Part shown: one piece after another, positions 61,983 to 64,000 of the stretch
How positions within the stretch are numbered: the first letter of the stretch is position 1
Layout: each line of letters opens with the position of its first letter
DNA from: Alphaproteobacteria bacterium
GTDB taxonomy: Bacteria; Pseudomonadota; Alphaproteobacteria; SP197
Direction of reading: 5' to 3'
Length of the DNA stretch: 64,000 nt
NCBI GenBank assembly: GCA_964291415.2
Contig: OZ219918.1
Span: forward strand, 352,001-416,000
Notes under the pieces: generated by a model
Database searches by the model: none
Seen by the model: the letters and a program-made list of their open reading frames with translations, nothing else
Told to the model about the DNA's origin: nothing
Made by a program: the position numbers and the translations under genes

Positions 61983-62885
61983 ATGTCCGTCATCGTCACG
62001 CGTTTCGCGCCCTCTCCCACCGGGTTGCTGCACATCGGCCACGTCTTCTCGGCTCTCGAGGGCTGGCGTCTGGCTCGCGACAACGGGGGACGGTTCCTCC
62101 TGCGCATCGAGGACATCGACCGGGCACGCTGTCGCGACGCGTTCGCGCAGGCCATCCTGGAGGACCTTGCCTGGCTCGGTCTTGACTGGGACGGAGAGGT
62201 CCGGCGCCAGTCGGACCATCTTGGCGCCTACGCCTCGGTCCTTGCCGAACTGCGGGCGCGCCGGCTCGTCTACCCGTGTTTCTGCACCCGCCGCCAGATC
62301 GCCCGGGAGGTCGAACTGGCGTCAGCGGCGCCCCATGGACCGCTGGGCCTCATCTATCCTGGAACCTGTCGCACGCTCTGCCCCGCCGAGGCCGATCTCA
62401 GCGGCGCCCCATGGACCGCTGGGCCTCATCTATCCGACCTGGATGCCCCGCCGAGGCCGGCGAGGATTGAAGCCGGCAACCATCATGCCTGGCGACTCGA
62501 CGTTGCCAGGGCAATGAACGAGACGGGCCCATTGGCATGGCGCACGCTCGATGGCAGGACAATTCCGGTCGACACGGAAACAGCCGGTGACGTGGTTCTG
62601 GCACGCAAGGACATTCCCACCAGCTATCACCTTGCGGTCACCCATGACGATCATGTCCAGGGCGTGACGGTGGTCACGCGCGGGTGCGACCTCGCTCCCG
62701 CCACCCATGTCCACTGCCTGATCCGCCGGCTCATGGGCTGGAAGGAACCTCTTCATCACCACCACCGCCTGCTTCTCGGAGAGGACGGCCGGCGTCATGC
62801 CAAGCGTGACCGTTCGGTGACGATCCGGTCGTTGCGCGAAGCGGGACTGATGCCCGAAGACGTGCTCGCCATGGCACAGCCGTGA
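61983..62885 (+). CDS. gluQ: Glutamyl-Q tRNA(Asp) synthetase
   Basis: TRFAPSPTG, HIGH, LRIEDID, YPCFCTR, YPGTCR, SYHLAVTHDD, RGCDL; lacks an anticodon-binding domain. Confidence 0.92.
   Translation: MSVIVTRFAPSPTGLLHIGHVFSALEGWRLARDNGGRFLLRIEDIDRARCRDAFAQAILEDLAWLGLDWDGEVRRQSDHLGAYASVLAELRARRLVYPCFCTRRQIAREVELASAAPHGPLGLIYPGTCRTLCPAEADLSGAPWTAGPHLSDLDAPPRPARIEAGNHHAWRLDVARAMNETGPLAWRTLDGRTIPVDTETAGDVVLARKDIPTSYHLAVTHDDHVQGVTVVTRGCDLAPATHVHCLIRRLMGWKEPLHHHHRLLLGEDGRRHAKRDRSVTIRSLREAGLMPEDVLAMAQP
62322..62459 (+). repeat. Internal direct repeats in gluQ
   Basis: 38-bp exact repeat at 62322-62359 and 62398-62435; 16-bp exact repeat at 62379-62394 and 62444-62459. Confidence 0.9.
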
Positions 62886-63158
62886 TCGCCGTGCCGGTCA
62901 GTCGAACAGATGGCCGGGATCTTTGCGCGAGGGCGGCGTCAGGCACTCCGGCCCGCCGTTGCCGGCGCTGCTCACCCGGCTCGGGACGGCATCGGCCTCC
63001 AGGCGCACCACGGGAGTTGTCCCTTGTCGGCGCAATGTTGTGTCGCGGCACCGGGTCAGGAAGACTCTCCGGGCCCGGCTGGTCGTGAATGGCGCCATCA
63101 GACCTGATCAGCGAGTATCTGCCGTAGCACGCCCCATCATGGAGGATAAGGACCGGTC

Positions 63159-64000
63159 ATGGTGACGTCAGTTTTCGATTCCAGGGTCTACCGTCCCACT
63201 GCCGGCTTCATGGACGCGCCCGTCACCTGGAATCTCGCCGGCTGTCGTCTGGCGATCGTCGGCATGCCCTTTGACTGCGGCATTCATCCGACACGCATCG
63301 GATGCCGTCTGGGACCGGCATCCATTCGCGAGCAGTCCGGACTCGTACGTCCCTTTCATCCGCCTTTTGACGATACCAACCCGCTGACCAAACTTGGCGT
63401 CATCGACTGCGGCGACGCCCTGGTGACGCCAGGCCGCCCCGAACCTTCCTTCGAGGTCATGGAGGAAGCGGTGTGGCGCATTGCCCGCGAGGGCGTGGCG
63501 ACGCTGACGATGGGAGGCGACGGGCTCGTCACGCTGCCACAGTTGCGCGCCTGGCGGCGGGTCCATGACGATCTGTGCGTCATTCATGTCGATGCCCACA
63601 CCGATGCCTATCCCGTCACTGGCCAGGATCGCATCTCGCCTGCGACCACGTTCACCATTGCCGCCGAGGAGGGCCTGATCGACGCCGAGTCCACGTTTCA
63701 CGTCGGCGCCCGCGGTCCGGTTTTCATCGGCGGCGTGTTCGAGCACACGAAGGGCATCGGCTATCACCTCATTCCCGATGTCGAGATGCGGCGACAGGGC
63801 CTCGAGGCCACCGCGTCCCTGCTGCAGGAGCGCCTTGCCGGCCGCAAGGTCTACCTGTGCTGGGACATGGACGTCTTCGATCCGTCCTGCGCTCCCGGAG
63901 TCGCCACGCCGACCTGGGAGGGCCTCAGTGCCGCCGAGGGACTGGGGTTCCTGCGCTCGCTGGCCGGCCTCGACATCGTCGCGGTCGATGTCAACACGGT
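63159..64000 (+). CDS. Arginase/agmatinase (ureohydrolase)-family protein, partial at the window end
   Basis: Not in the ORF track; reads MVTSVFDS...GMPFD...GPASIRE...DCGD...GGDG...DAHTD...DMDVFDPSCAPGVATP. Confidence 0.9.
   Translation, partial: MVTSVFDSRVYRPTAGFMDAPVTWNLAGCRLAIVGMPFDCGIHPTRIGCRLGPASIREQSGLVRPFHPPFDDTNPLTKLGVIDCGDALVTPGRPEPSFEVMEEAVWRIAREGVATLTMGGDGLVTLPQLRAWRRVHDDLCVIHVDAHTDAYPVTGQDRISPATTFTIAAEEGLIDAESTFHVGARGPVFIGGVFEHTKGIGYHLIPDVEMRRQGLEATASLLQERLAGRKVYLCWDMDVFDPSCAPGVATPTWEGLSAAEGLGFLRSLAGLDIVAVDVNT

Overview
GC-rich bacterial chromosomal window, most consistent with an alphaproteobacterium (gluQ, coq7, dsbB/yqaA, pepN, acoXABC, MttB-family gene). It is dominated by catabolic enzymes and transporters. 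These include Fe(II)/2OG oxygenases, a PhyH-MttB-ALDH-ADH operon, hydantoinase A/B with an M24 hydrolase, and a partly eroded hydroxyproline cluster (DapA-like enzyme, Ser/Cys proline-racemase homolog, cis-3-hydroxyproline dehydratase-like enolase, ABC transporter, GntR). It also carries an MpaB/Lcp-like oxygenase with an MMPL transporter, the acetoin dehydrogenase operon, a BVMO, tRNA-Leu(CAA), an AHL lactonase, vapBC and a divergent ureohydrolase. The most unusual items are: (1) two tandem paralogous unknown proteins (53415-55213) that differ mainly in one C-terminal hypervariable loop; (2) decayed ALDH and FAD-oxidase remnants hidden in intergenic gaps of the hydroxyproline cluster; (3) a duplicated tRNA 3' end resembling an att scar; (4) a scrambled in-frame templated insertion in gluQ. 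Three genes carry single frameshifts that may be sequencing errors. No CRISPR array, rRNA, integrase or transposase was seen. All family calls come from motif recognition by eye, not database searches, and start codons are best estimates.
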